From: Octopus sinensis
Taxonomy: Eukaryota
DNA length: 64,000 nucleotides
Reading direction: 5' to 3'
Assembly (NCBI RefSeq): GCF_006345805.1
Contig: NC_042998.1
Location: 95,232,001 to 95,296,000 of the forward strand
Below, in pieces: positions 1 through 13,566 of the stretch (positions within the stretch are counted from its first letter, which is position 1; every line of letters starts with the position of its first letter). A program made the translations under genes and the position numbers. The notes under the pieces were generated by a model. It had not been told where the DNA came from. It searched no databases and was given only the letters and a program-made list of their open reading frames with translations.

Positions 1-61
1 ATCTCAACAATTATGAAGCCTATCACATGGGACGTTGGTACTCGTCTCCATCTTGGAGATG

Positions 62-92
<31 letters not shown>

Positions 93-230
93 TGTATGTA
101 TGTATGTATGTATGTATGTATGTATGTATGTATGGATGGATGGATGGATGGATGGATGGATGGATGGATGGATGGATGGACGGACGGACGGACGGACGGA
201 CGGACGGACGGACAGACGGATGGATGGATT
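62..230. repeat. Compound tetranucleotide microsatellite (ATGT)n-(ATGG)n-(ACGG)n
   Basis: Read directly; unit changes by single substitutions along the array. Explains the MYVC/HTYI ORFs at 13-270. Confidence 0.97.
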
Positions 231-859
231 GATTGATTTAGAACTTTCATATTCAAGGAGATGTGTATGACTAAAACTAAAGAGGGGAATAGGCAGAGTC
301 GCTAGAGCGGCGGACAGAATGTTCTATGGTAATCTGTGTATTCTGAGTTCAAATCCTGCCAAGATCAGTTCTGCCTGTCATTCTTTCATAGTCGATAAAA
401 AAGGACGGTGAGTTGGCAGTACTGTAATAACGTCGGCCTGGAATTCCTTGCTATATTTGTTCTGGCTCTTTGTATTCTGAATCCAGATTCTGCCATGTTC
501 TACATGGGTGGTAGACGTTACTCATCGCCTGTTTTTAACACCACCATGTGTCACCTTCGGTGCTTTTAGCGGAGTCCACTCAGTTGTGAATGCTCCAGAT
601 AGGTTTCCAACTCATAGATATCTTCCTCCCAACTTCCTACCAGTTTCAGAAGCCCTGTAATGAGTCATGAGTATTGCCTTTCCTCCCTATTTAATGATGC
701 ATAGCTGTGTGGTAAGAAGCTTGTTCAGTCCCATTGCGTGACACCTTGAACAAGTGTTTCCTGCTATAGCTTCGGGCCAACCAAAGCCTTCTGAGTGGAT
801 TTGGTAGACGTAAATAAAAAGAAGCTTGTCAAGTATAAACATAGGCCAGATGTTGTTTG

Positions 860-1250
860 GGAGAGACAAGAGAAAGTATGTACCATGTCAGCTGTCCTGC
901 TGACGTGAATATCTGTCCGAAAATCAAAGAGAAAGAGGATAACAATGCACAACTACTTCGAAACCTCCAGCTTTTATATTCAGATTATAAATTCACATTT
1001 TTATCAATAGTAATTGGTGCATTTGGCTTTGTGAATAAATGCCTAAGCGACAATTTGGATGAGCCAGGATTTTCAGGAAAAGAAATCAAACAACTAACTC
1101 GCACGTTACAAATATAATCTGTATTAAGAGTAAAATTATGCAAGACTTTTCTCAAGTTTGAAATATGACATTGTTTTATTATCTACAATCCAGCAAAGGA
1201 GCTTAGAAACCAGCTTTTTCCTCAGAGGAAGAATTTACATAATTAAAAAC
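860..1250 (+). mobile_element. 3' fragment of an R4/Dong-like non-LTR retrotransposon (restriction-like endonuclease C-terminus), ending in (TACA)n
   Basis: Translation SCPADVNICPKIKEKEDNNAQLLRNLQLLYSDYKFTFLSIVIGAFG...KLCKTFLKF matches the RLE-type C-terminus pattern; homologous to 4986-5690 and 51230-52028. Confidence 0.75.
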
Positions 1251-1478
1251 ACATACATACATACATACATACATACATACATACATACATACATGCATAC
1301 ATGCATGCATGCATGCATGCATACATACATACATACATACATACATACATACATACATACATACATGCATGCATGCTTGCATGCATGCATGCATACATAC
1401 ATACATACATACATACATACATACATACATACATACATACATACATACATACGTATATACATACATGCATACATACAT
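1251..1478. repeat. (TACA)n/(TGCA)n microsatellite
   Basis: Read directly. Confidence 0.97.
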
Positions 1479-1689
1479 ATAATGATGCGCACGATTGTGT
1501 GCGTGTGCGTGTCTGTAAATTGGTCGACAGCGAGCTGAATTACTAGATTACCGAGATGATTGGACAGGGTTTTTTTAGAATATGTCAAGAGAGTTAAGAA
1601 GAGGGATGTCATGCTTTCTATATAGTGTAGTGTGTGGCTTTTCACCTAATGTACTGAATGTATGTATGTATGTATGTACGTATGTATAG

Positions 1690-2055
1690 AGGCACAGGCG
1701 TTGCTGTATAAGAAGTTTACTTCCCAACTAAGTGGTTCAGTCCCACTGCGTGACACCTAGGGCAAATGTTTTCTGCTATAGCCTTGGGCCGACCAAAGGC
1801 TTGTGAGTGGATTTGGTGGAGTAAACTAAAAGAGGCTCGTCCTATATATTATATGTGTGTGTCTGTGTCAGTTTTGTCTCTCACTATCGCGTGTCAACCG
1901 GTACTAGTGTGTTTACGCTTCCATAACTTAGCAGCTACATCGATAGAATAAATACTAGTCTTAAAAAAGAAGAGGGATCGATTCGTTCGACTAAAACTCT
2001 TCAAGGCGATGCCCCAGCATGGCCACAGTCTTATGACTGAAACAATAAAAGATAA
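1690..2055 (+). mobile_element. tRNA-derived SINE, family A (tail GGCGGTGCYCCAGCATGGCCRCAGTC..GACTGAAAC)
   Basis: Head ggttcagtcccactgcgtgacacct.gggcaa, body gggccgaccaaagccttgtgagtggatttggt, internal TA/TG microsatellite; more than 10 homologous copies in the window. Confidence 0.85.
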
Positions 2056-3031
2056 AAGATATTTACAGAAATGCCACAATTTTTATCACCAAACAAAACT
2101 TGTAATCTTTTACAAAACTTTTTTATGTTTACATTCTTTTAGAAATCTGCGACAAATAATCGCTGACATCAATGTCTGTTCATGAAAGAAATTCACTCCA
2201 TCCAAGAGTGACGACATTTAAGTTGACAATGACGAAATGACAACATAATCGAAACTGGCGGTAACGAACTTGAGTCTGACAATGACGAATTTTCGATTGA
2301 CGCCGATGGGAATGAAGGTGATAATGTCAAACTTGATGGGGAAATGCTGTACCTAGCGATAGAAAATTTATTAAACTCTGAGATAAAATGTAAAACTGAA
2401 CCTCTTTCCCAGTTTGACAATATCACCACGAAATTATGTGATACCTTTAACTGAATCTGCTCCATTACAGGGTGTCAATCCATCCAAATTTTCTGTTTGG
2501 GTATAATTTCTCCTTTCTCTTCCTCTCGCCAGTCTTGGAAACCATGAGAATGGTCATGGGCACTGCTTCTTCTCCGCTCATTAAGGCATGAAAAAATATC
2601 AGTTATTCTTTATGTGTAAATGTCTGGGTAAAGGTCAGTGGAAAGGAGTTGCATCTTCTTCCAATTCTTTTTACTTTTAGATGATCCATTTTCAATCTAT
2701 AATTATTGATACATTTGATTACAACATAGACATTTGTACAATAGCTGCAAGACATTATTTCGCAAAAGGTCAAAGGTAAGACAGAAATAAAATAAAGTCA
2801 CCCACCACCACCAACCCCACTTTGACAGCTGCTGATATTAAATGAATAAGCAGGAGAATTTATATTCATGTGAGGTTTTCTTTTTCTAATGCTTTGCATA
2901 CATTATCGCCGTCTAAATTTCAATAAAAAAGCAAAACGTTTCCTGGAGACGACGGCCTTTTTCTCTATTGGAGTAAATTAACGAATAAGAATGCGGGCAC
3001 ATTTACATATGCTTTTATGTTCACGTACATG

Positions 3032-3064
<33 letters not shown>

Positions 3065-3959
3065 AGACATACATTTACACACGCATTACCTCATTATTTT
3101 ATCTACGAAACGAGTGCCAAACTTTAAACCTGATATTGCTTTATTGTAAATCGGTCAATTACAAAATAAATCACTGGCTAAAAGCTTCAAACGTTTTGAT
3201 TATTCATTTTGAAATACATATACGTTGATCTTGGAGACTTCGGACAAGCCACAGTCAAAGTGAATACATAGACAATTGGTTGTGAAACTAACAGCAATAA
3301 TATTGTAATTGAGTTATAATTAACATACATTTTGAAAGAAAAACCAACAAAGTTAAGAAGAAATAATTATCTTCAATAGCGTATAGTAATAACACTAAAT
3401 ATTTTTATATGCGTAATGTACAGTTGTATTTTCTTTGCACTGTATATGATTTAAGAAATAATAAAATTGCCAAAAGAGGAAAGCTGAGGGCTCTTATATT
3501 AACGTAGGCCATACAAAGATAATCCCTGTAGAAGGCTAAACTTATGGGTTTTTATAAGCCCGCTAAAATGTTCTAGAACATTTTATAAGACCATTAGACA
3601 TGTAAATTAAACAATTAATTTTGTCTATGAACGCCAATTAAAAATCCATCAAAGATGTTTAGCTGTAAAAACTCACAGCAAGTCTTATAACAGAGTTCGG
3701 GGACATAGCCTTGAAGTTAACTGGTTAACATTACCAAGCATAGTAATATTATGCATTCCTGGCAATTATCTATGGTAAACGTTTTCAAGTACAGTAATAT
3801 TATTCGCCAGCGGTTTTGACTTACAAAATTAAAGATTCCAGATTCAAAGCAGCATTAATGTAATCCGAGTGAAATAAATACCACAAGGTATTTTTCTTCG
3901 AAATCACTAGCTTATCGTTCTTTTCCTCTGCTTCATGCATCGTCAGAATGTGTGCGCGC

Positions 3960-3997
<38 letters not shown>

Positions 3998-4097
3998 ACA
4001 TATATATATATACATATATATAGATATGTATGTAAATATATATATATATATAATATATATACATGCATATTTTTATATGTATATGTGTGTATATATA

Positions 4098-4139
<42 letters not shown>

Positions 4140-4202
4140 TATATATATACATATGTTTATATATATGTATATGTTCATATATATATATCTATGTGTGTGT
4201 GT

Positions 4203-4234
<32 letters not shown>

Positions 4235-4882
4235 TGTGTGTGTGTGTGTATGTAACGCGCACACATTTGGAACATATGCATTTGGAAGTTGTTAATTTCA
4301 TGAGTCAAAATATTACATCGGACACAGCAGAAGGACACTTTTTCACTGCTTCTTCGTGCATTTATGGCAAGGAGTTTATTACAAAACATTGTATATGCTA
4401 TATAAAGAGAATATATTACATGAAATCTGCATGAAATAAAGTGAAAACTGACTATGACAACTAGCAAAATACAAACTGAAAACCAGTACACAGATATAAC
4501 ATTTATGAAATAAATATGGAATCTACCTGAGGTCAACCTTTGAATAATTTAAACTCCAGTTACTTTTATCGTAAGTTATAACAGAATTCCCATGATCGCT
4601 TGCGAAATACTGCAAAGCGTGCGAATATCATACCACTATTACTATCACCTCATTCAGCAAATTTGATCGAGATCATGAAATAGTAATGAACGTTGTTATT
4701 CCTAACTAATCATAGAGAGTTAAGGAAGTAGGAAGAATCCTTAATAAAATAGATCAGACTCAATCATAGTCGTGTTGCTAATGCATAGCCTCACATATAC
4801 ACACCGTGTTGCACACACACATACACACACACACCGTGTTGCACACACACTCACACACACACCGTGTTGCACACACACACAC

Positions 4883-4921
<39 letters not shown>

Positions 4922-4985
4922 TACATACAATATACATACATACATACATACATACATACATACATACATACACATACATACATAC

Positions 4986-5690
4986 ATGAAAATCAAAGAG
5001 AATGAAGATAACTATGATGGACAACAACTTCGAAACCTCCATCTATACCCGGATTACAAATTACATTTATATCAATGATAATTGGAGCACTAGGCTGTAT
5101 AAAATTGAATTTTCGAAAAAAGAAATCAACCAACTGATTTGTACATTACAAAAAACAATTTGTATTCAACCCGGGACTTTTCTCGGGTTGAAAATTATAC
5201 ATTGTTTTCGTTATCTACATTCCAATGATGAAGCTTCGTATCTTTGTTAGAAATCAGTTCCTTCTTCCGAAGAGAAACATCCATCCATCCATGCATGCAT
5301 ACATACATACATACATACATACATAATATACATACATACATACATACATACATAATACATACATACATACATACATACATGAAAATCAAAGAGAATGAAG
5401 ATAACTATGATGGACAACAACTTCGAAACCTCCATCTATACCGGATTACAATTACATTTATATCAATGATAATTGGAGCACTAGGCTGTATAAAATTGAA
5501 TTTTCGAAAAAAGAAATCAACCAACTGATTTGTACATTACAAAAAACAATTTGTATTCAACCCGGGACTTTTCTCGGGTTGAAAATTATACATTGTTTTC
5601 GTTATCTACATTCCAATGATGAAGCTTCGTATCTTTGTTAGAAATCAGTTCCTTCTTCCGAAGAGAAACATCCATCCATCCATGCATGCA
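4986..5690 (+). mobile_element. Two tandem near-identical 3' fragments (period about 393 bp) of the R4/Dong-like element, each followed by (TACA)n
   Basis: KIKENEDNYDGQQLRNLHLY..SMIIGALG encoded at 4986 and again at 5379; flanked and separated by TACA arrays. Confidence 0.75.
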
Positions 5691-5715
5691 TACATACATA
5701 CATACATACATACAT

Positions 5716-5754
<39 letters not shown>

Positions 5755-5995
5755 TACACACACACATATATATACGTATGTGGGTACTATATGCATATAC
5801 GAATGTATATATGCATACACATATATATGTGTGTGTATGCACACGTACATACACACATACATGCATACATACATATGCATATATACATAGAAATATATCT
5901 ACATATATATATATAGAAATATATCTACATATATATATATATATATATATGAGTGTGTAAGTAAGTGTAAAGAGAGAGAGAGAGAGAGAGAGATG

Positions 5996-6070
<75 letters not shown>

Positions 6071-6238
6071 CATATATCAAATGTATATCATGTCAGTCCA
6101 TATTCGTATTGTAGATAATCGTTCCCATTCATTTTAAACCTCTAAATTATATCTTTATAATTAACCAATACTAATCAGGAATGAGGGATTTTATTGCTCT
6201 CATTAACCATCATTATATGTATCCATGTTGTCTTACAG

Positions 6239-6468
6239 GAAACAGTCTTCACACGACATCTGTCATTTACCGCTGGAACCGGAAACTGAGAAAATTCGAG
6301 AAATATCAGCTCTTGAAAACAATAGGCGCTCGTGACATAACAGCTTTCAGTGTCCAAGACTATCAGTTCTTGATTATATCTCATGCTTTTGATGGGCGCA
6401 GTACTTTGTTGCATTCAGTAGTATACATTTGGCACAATGACAAGTTTGTCAAATTCAACAGTATGGAG
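6239..6468 (+). CDS. TSPEAR: TSPEAR-like EAR/EPTP-repeat protein, internal coding exon
   Basis: cttacAG|GA acceptor and GAG|GTaatg donor. Encodes GNSLHTTSVIYRWNRKLRKFEKYQLLKTIGARDITAFSVQDYQFLIISHAFDGRSTLLHSVVYIWHNDKFVKFNSME (EAR repeats). Phase 0 end matches the next exon. Confidence 0.88.
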
Positions 6469-6513
6469 GTAATGATATTTATCGCTTGCTCCAGTCATTT
6501 CTAGTTATAACTA

Positions 6514-6874
6514 CAGGGTGATTCAAAAGTCGCCATACATAGGAACAATTTATCTATTCATAAGAAACAGTTTTTCTTTTTTAATTTAACAGGCTCTATA
6601 TTGTTACCATTGTTTGGAATACACATTGCAACACGTTTACCCCACTCATTGTGAACTCTTAATAGCACATCTGGCGATACGTGTGCAAAGGAGTTCGTGA
6701 TGCGTTCCTTCAAATCATTTATGTTTTTTATCTTTCCGCGATACACCATGCCTTTCAAATGCCCCCAAAGATAGAAATCAAGAGTGGTCAGATCAGGGAT
6801 CTAGGGGGTCTTATAAACTGTTTCTTATAAAAGAATACATTTTTTCTATGTATGGAATCTTTTGAATCACTCTG
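6514..6874 (-). mobile_element. Internally deleted Tc1/mariner-superfamily DNA transposon
   Basis: TA target duplication; TIRs cagggtgattcaaaag / cttttgaatcactctg; minus strand encodes SPDLTTLDFYLWGHLKGMVY...LKERI, the transposase C-terminal motif. Confidence 0.85.
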
Positions 6875-6920
6875 TAGAACTAAATCTATGTCTTCAACTA
6901 ATAACTAACTTCTATTTGAA

Positions 6921-8054
6921 TACTAGCATTAAAGACCCGTCGTTGCCGGGTCATAGTGCTAGTGCATGTATATATGTGTATATATATGTGTACATATTAC
7001 ATGTACATCAATATATATACATCTACACATAAAATACAAAATACAAAGTTATATCTTGATATCGCTAGTGATAACAATACTCAAAATATATAACAGACTG
7101 GAATTGTAAGCCCGTCTCTTGCAATTTCGATCAATTGTATCTTGTCCTCCATCTTGTATAGAAACTACAATCCAGCATACCTCAACTTCAGATATAAAGG
7201 TAAAAATAAGATATTTCCACTTTGCAAGTTCGAGTCGAGTACTCCCTTGCACGCTCCGTTGACTCGAACCTTGCTTCTATTGTGGCGAATTTACCGCCTC
7301 TGGTTAGATATCTTTCATAGTCGCACCAAGACACTTTTCGATGGTGCTTTCCTGCAGGTGTTCAAATCTTCTTTTTTCTCTGCATTGTATACTTTATAGA
7401 CAATAGTCTTTTCTTTAATTTAATTTTTTATTATCCATCTGGATTATTCCATTTCTGCACGCTAATTTTATTTTTAATTTATTCCCATTCATGTGAAACC
7501 ACTTATTCAAGTTCAAGTCATTGATGCAATTTTATACCAATTGCTATTTTTACTTTTGTTATGTTACGATTATATTATACTTTAGTTTGATTTTAATTAT
7601 TACTTACTACATATAATTCAATTGTTATTATTATTTTTATTGTTAAAGTGAAAGTATCTGACATAAAATAGAGAAATGTTTTTGTTTCACTTTTAACACA
7701 TAATACTGAAATAGTGGAGAAGATATGATATTGCTGTGGGCTCGCTCTAGGCAAGAAGTTGAACATTTTTTTCCCCATGAAACTACATGGATCCTAAGTA
7801 AAGCATATGTAAAATGTGAATGGAATTGGTTGTGTAGTTCTCAAGTTTTAGGGATTCGTAGTGGAGAAGATATGATATTGCTGTGGGCTCGCCCTAGGCA
7901 AAAAGTTAAAATTTGTTTGCCGATGACACTCCCCGGACCCTGAGTAAGGCATGTGTAAAATTTGAATGAGATTGGTTGTGTAGTTCTCAAGTTTTAGGGA
8001 AACACACAGACAGATAGACAGACACACATTCTCAGCTTTATATAGAGAGAGATT
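6921..8054 (+). mobile_element. Non-autonomous Helitron/Helentron-like element (HINE/DINE-type)
   Basis: 5' actagc plus hairpin gacccg..cgggtc; internal ~138-bp tandem; 3' acagacagacacac...ctttatatagagagagat. Same architecture as 17294-17689. Confidence 0.55.
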
Positions 8055-8419
8055 ACTTCCTTATCTATGCAGTTGTATAAATTGCTTCAAATATTTTCTT
8101 TTAAATTTTCGCTCCTACAGCATGAGCATTCATGTTATATATTGAATATTTGTTTTTCTTGTTGCGAGAAAGACAAGGAAAAGCAGAAGATAGATTATGT
8201 GTGTGACCATGTGTGCCTATGTGTGCATATACGTGTGTGGGGGTGTTAATGGGTGTAGCCTCATGTGTATGTCTGCTTTTTGTTTAACATTGAATATTAC
8301 ATATTTATAAGTTAGATGCAGCATTACTTATGTGTGTGTGTGTGTGTGTGGTGTGTGTGTGTGTGTGTGTGCTTGTGTGTGTGTGTATGCTATCTAATAA
8401 ATACAGTATATATTTTTAT

Positions 8420-8502
8420 GTGCTGCTATTAGTTTCATGTGCTGAGAGCATACCAGACAGTATATTTAACACGTCTGGTGTCCTAGCACAATCATCAGGC
8501 AC
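8420..8502 (-). ncRNA. Degenerate type I hammerhead ribozyme motif (PLE-type), antisense in a TSPEAR intron
   Basis: Minus strand: GTGC CTGATGA tTGTGCT..ACCAGAC..GTCTGGT..AGCACAt GAAA CTAATAG CA GCAC. An inverted partial copy at 8532-8567 retains TA at the cleavage site. Confidence 0.65.
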
Positions 8503-8764
8503 TGAAAGCGTGTTAAAAGCGTGTTAAAACCCTCTCGGTACATGAAACTAATAGTAGCACATAAAAACATGTTGCCACTTCGAAATTGCAGAAATTATTG
8601 CTAAATGTGATACATTAATGAAATCTTTACTAGAAGAGAAACGTGGGAATATTTGGACGTTTATGCATTTCCTAGAAGATTAGAGGATATGCACTTGGTG
8701 AAAGAATGACCGACTAAATCTCTAAATCAAAATTTCAACTAAAGACCCATTTTATGAATTAACC

Positions 8765-9096
8765 GCAGGCGTGGCTGTGTGGTAAGAAGTTCGCTTCCCA
8801 GCATCGGTCTGGGTTCAGTCCCGCTGTGTGGCACTTTATATATATTTATATGTGCGTGTGCGTGTGTGTGAATATGTGTGTATATGTGTGTGTGTGTGTG
8901 TGTCATTGTGTATGTGTTTGTCCTCCACTACCGCTTGACAACCAGTGTTGGTGTGTTTATGTCCTCGTAACATAGCGATTCGGCAAAAAGCTCAATAGAA
9001 TAAATACTAGGCTTGATGGGTATACTGGGCTTTGTATATTTTACCCCAGTGTCACTTTGATGGCATGCACTGCTCTCTCACTCAATAATAATAATA

Positions 9097-9150
<54 letters not shown>

Positions 9151-9151
9151 T

Positions 9152-9214
<63 letters not shown>

Positions 9215-9280
9215 TTTTTTCTAAAACTCTTCACGGCGCTACCCAAGCATGGCTGCAGTCTAATGACTGAAACAAGTTTT
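8765..9280 (+). mobile_element. SINE family A copy interrupted by an insert ending in (AAT)n (9084-9212)
   Basis: gcgtggctgtgtggtaagaag head; tail cagcatggctgcagtctaatgactgaaacaag-like at 9245-9276. Confidence 0.75.
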
Positions 9281-9346
9281 AAAAAAACGACAGATGATAA
9301 TAGCTACATAGACATTGAATATCGTTTTTATTGCTTTAATTTTCAG

Positions 9347-9534
9347 ACAATGGGTGCTGTGGATTGGGAGTATTTCACTATCAACGATGATCATTATTTG
9401 GTTGTGGCAAACAGTTACAATTTTGGGCCGCAAAACTTTAAAAAAATCAACACTTACAATACAAAATCAACAGTGTACAAATTGAATATTCAAAAGAAAG
9501 CCTTTGAGAAATTCCAGAGTATCCCAACCTATAG
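9347..9534 (+). CDS. TSPEAR: TSPEAR-like protein, penultimate coding exon
   Basis: ttttcAG|ACA acceptor and AG|GTaagt donor (phase 2). Encodes TMGAVDWEYFTINDDHYLVVANSYNFG...STVYKLNIQKKAFEKFQSIPTY, an EAR repeat similar to vertebrate TSPEAR as I recall it. Confidence 0.9.
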
Positions 9535-9834
9535 GTAAGTCTATTTGTACTTTCACACTGTGAAGTAATACTATCGCCTTATTCATTGATTTTTTTTCTC
9601 TTCCTCTTCTTTCTTTCTTATTCATTTCTTTCTTTCTTCCTTTCATTCTTCCTTCCTTTCTTTTCTTCCTTTTTACTTTGTATGTGTGTGTGGGTACATA
9701 CATACAACCATACATACATAAATACATACATACATACATACATACATACATACATACATACATACATACATACATACATACATACATACGAACGTACGTA
9801 CGTACGTACATACATACATTTAATTTTTTTTACT

Positions 9835-10100
9835 GGCACTCCGTCGCTTACGACGACAAGGGTTCCAGTTGATCCAATCAACGGAACAGCCTGCTCGTGA
9901 AATCAACGTGCGATTGGCTAAGCACTCCACAGACATGGGTACCCCTTCACATACTTCTCAGGGAGATTCAGCGTGATACAGAGTGTGACAAGGCTGGCCC
10001 TTTGAATTACAGGCACAACAGAAACAGGAAGTAAGAGTAAGAGAAAGTTGTGAAAGAGTACAGCCGGGTTCGCCATCATCCCCTGCCGGAGCCTCGTGGA
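9835..10100 (-). mobile_element. 3' part of a second SINE family (homologous to 25433-25680)
   Basis: Reverse complement shares cacgctgaatctc.ctgag, cacgttgatttcacgagcaggctgttccgttgat and cgacggagtgccag with the copy at 25.5-25.7 kb. Confidence 0.6.
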
Positions 10101-10103
10101 GCT

Positions 10104-10611
10104 TTATAAAGATTAAAACAATAGGTAGAAGAATACAGAAAGTAAAATAAAGTTCACTGTTCATCTTCTTCGAGAAGGCGTGTAGGCTGGTCGGTACTTC
10201 CGTGAAGGTATTGGTCCTTAAGTATAATCCCTGGTAAATCCAGGCAGTATTTTGGTAGTATTTTGAATGTTGCGTTCATGTTGAAGGAATCGATTAATAC
10301 TTAAGGACCTATACATTCACGGAAGAAGATGAGCTGTGAACTTTATTCTCCTGTCTGTTTTCTTCTATCTACTGTTTTATTCGTTTATAAACTGTGAATT
10401 CCCTGTCTAGAACTTTCATAAATACTGACCTTGTCTCTGATGACGAAATACCCAGTGTATTGAGATGCTAACCTATCACTTGGCATATCCCAGAAACAGG
10501 TGTAAGACATCCAATAATAACTAATTAATTAACTCAAATTCACTTTACTCTAATTAAATATTCTAAATGATTTGAGATACTCGTCGTGCCTTGGTTTTTG
10601 CTGTTCTTTTC

Positions 10612-10615
<4 letters not shown>
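10104..10615 (+). mobile_element. Penelope-like terminal-repeat relic with an inverted 5' segment, an HHR and an adjacent (TA)n
   Basis: Degenerate inverted repeat 10104-10225 vs 10297-10390; HHR at 10432-10509; (TA)n from 10617. Confidence 0.6.
10432..10509 (+). ncRNA. Type I hammerhead ribozyme motif (partly decayed), sense strand of the last TSPEAR intron
   Basis: TGTCT CTGATGA [degenerate stem II cgaaatacccagtg..cacttggcatatccca] GAAA CAGGTG TA AGACA; stem I TGTCT/AGACA is perfect. Confidence 0.7.
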
Positions 10616-10651
<36 letters not shown>

Positions 10652-11019
10652 CATGGGCTCATCCTCACTGCGTAACAAATGTTCTCAACTATGGTCTCGG
10701 GCCGACCAAAACCTTAGGAGTGGATTTGATAGACAGAAACTGAAAGAATCCCATAGTGTATGTATGTATATATGTACATAAACGTATATATACATATGTG
10801 TGCGTCTGTGTGCGTGCGTGTGTGTGTGTGTGTGTGGCGGGTGTTTGTACCCCACCACCGTCTAGCAACCAGTGTTGGTTAGTCTATGCCTCTGTAACTT
10901 TGCGGTTCGGCAAAAGAGGGTATTTAGAATAAGTACCAGGATAAAAAAAAACATGAGTATTGGGATCAATTTCTTCGATTAAGCCCTTCATATATATATA
11001 TATATACATACCTGGATAC

Positions 11020-11565
11020 AATTTTTTTTTACACGAGAGTTCCGGACCGAAATAATGAACTCATTTCCATACAGCCAATCAGAACTCACCTTGATCTTGT
11101 TGTCAAGTTAACAAACACACTTTACCAAGTAAACTCAGGACGAAGAACGGAGTTGTAAATCGACCGATCGCTAAGTTATGCTTGATTTTAGGAGGCAAGT
11201 AATTAAACAGATTTGTATCTATACGCATTATCGGATTTTGTTAGGACCCCATATGGTAAACATGTGGATGAGGAAAATGTGGGTAGAGGGTGATGTGCTA
11301 ACAACCCTCTCCCCTTATTGTTTTAGAAAGTAAACAACAACACAAATAACTACGCAGAGGCAACCATGGTTGAAACAAGATCAAGAACAACAAGCATTCT
11401 TAAAAGTGAAAAGAAGCATGGTCATTCCTTACCCAAATGACCTAATCTTATCGCCCGTCACTTGTCATGCACTCATAAATTAGTTTGATAGTTTAGCTCT
11501 GATTGGCTCTATGCAAATGAGTTTATAACTGGGGTCCGAAACTCTCGTGGGAAAAAATTTCGCCA
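11020..11565. mobile_element. MITE-like element with ~70-bp TIRs; second copy in opposite orientation at 44410-44922
   Basis: gagttccggacc..atgaactcatttccatacagccaatcaga / ctgattggctctatgcaaatgagtt..ggtccgaaactc; internal sequence is shared with the 44.4-kb copy. Confidence 0.75.
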
Positions 11566-12603
11566 CTGGGACAGATGAAGGAAGGTATAAATGTATCCCA
11601 TTTTACTGTAATTACTTAGTTTTACTATACTGGACAAGAGAATAATGCAAGTTGATGAAAGGGAGGTAACTGAACTGAAGACAATTACTTCCATTAACAA
11701 TCTGGAGTTCAGTTTTCTTGATAATTTTAGCGAAGTAGTTACCCTTGAATTGAGCACAGAAGTGTTGCGTTTCGCATTTTAATATAATTGCTCATTTCTC
11801 TACATACTGGTTCTATACAATTTTTTTTCGGATCATTCCGTCGTATTATGCGTTTACAGAACGCGTATTTCTTACCTTATCAAACCAGAATTTCAACAGA
11901 TTGCAGCCATCGCTATAATCATCTTTCTAACTTTCTAACTTGCTATCCTCTTTTGAACAAGGGTACACTGTCCATAAATTTCATTTCCTTACCTTTTCGT
12001 TGATAGACTTCGTTGTATTTTGCCTGAAAATATATATCAACAACATGTTACTTTCAATAACTCAAAAATACAGACAAGCTCTCGTCTAAATTCACATTAT
12101 ATATTCACCTCTTCAAATTCATTCCAAAGTGATTCAGCATAGATGCCGTCTAATGATTAAAACAAGTAAAAGATAAAAGATGCAATATACAAACTTCAAC
12201 CAAACATATCGACCTCTTAGAACTGAGAACCATTTTAATTCCTTTTTCAATAACATTTCCCTTTCATTTATTCATCTTCGATAATTAAATTCGAAATCCG
12301 TAGTATAGCTAGAATATGTGCTCTCTGGGACAGCACTTAAGTTTCTTTCACACCCTCATTCCTTCATCCCCCGAATTTCAACGAGCCTAAACAGGCTTAT
12401 GCAGTAGACTCACTTGTGCCCCACCACCATCTCGTAAAAGCATCGCCTGGAGCGAACAATCACCACTTCGCTCAATCCTCCTTGCTTCCCCGGCTTTGCT
12501 ACAGTTCAAAATCAATTCTCCTAACTCCTTTCAGATGCTACAATACACCAAAAGTTGAACGTGTAAGATTACAACTTCAGGCAGCAAACAAACTATATAT
12601 ATA

Positions 12604-12838
12604 TACGGTGTGGTGTAAAAGTAGGTATACAGTTATGAAAAAGGAAAACACATACAATACTCATTTATTTTTTATCAAAAGAATTAAAAGTTACAATAAA
12701 ATTATTATTATAGTTATGATTAATGACACTGAAAATATCAAAAATGAGACTAACTAATTTAATGTGCTAAAAATGTTAATGAATTAAGTATTATAACGTT
12801 GATGTGATGTTTACTGTATACCTACTTTTACACCCCAT
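12604..12838. mobile_element. Tc1/mariner-type MITE inserted in (TA)n
   Basis: TIRs ggtgtaaaagtaggtatacagt / actgtatacctacttttacacc; TA flanks. Confidence 0.75.
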
Positions 12839-13036
12839 ATATATAAATATATATATATATCAACAGTAGCAATATGGAATTGTAATATATATAGAGAGAG
12901 AGAAACAGAGAGGGGGGACAGAGCGGACAGACAGATGGACAGACAGACAGACGGACGGACAGACATGCAGACAGACGGACGGATGAACGGGCAGGCAGAC
13001 AGGCAGACAGGCAGACAGACAGACAGACAGACAGAC

Positions 13037-13112
<76 letters not shown>

Positions 13113-13566
13113 GCGGATGGATAAACACATTTGTCATCTTCGCTAAGCAGCTATCCAACCTGAATCGATGTGCTTTAGATACTGAGAAAGCTCTTTGAAT
13201 TCCGTCGTACTTTAAGTTTAATGTTAGTGCAAATTAGTCAACATGAAAATTTACACCTTATCATCAAATTCTTCATTAATTAATTTATTTATTATATTTA
13301 TTATTTATTCATATTTCGTTTTTGGATTTGGTTTGCAAGATTCTTTATGTGAGTTCGTGTGTTGAAGCATATTCTATTGTCTGGGGAGAGTCATTTTCTT
13401 TTTGTGCCTTACAATATAACACACTCACCGGTAAAATTTCCACTTCTCAATTATTTTTATTTTCCTAAAATTTTCGTTGCGTCTTGCAACCTTTTCAATA
13501 GTTATCCATATTTATTTATATATTATTTATACATATACTTCAACGCTTGCTTCTTTATTTTTGTAG

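Noticed and set aside
2140-2700. Acidic coding-like stretch as an upstream TSPEAR exon or a transposase N-terminus
   Set aside because: Interrupted by stops, with no EAR or catalytic motif recognised.
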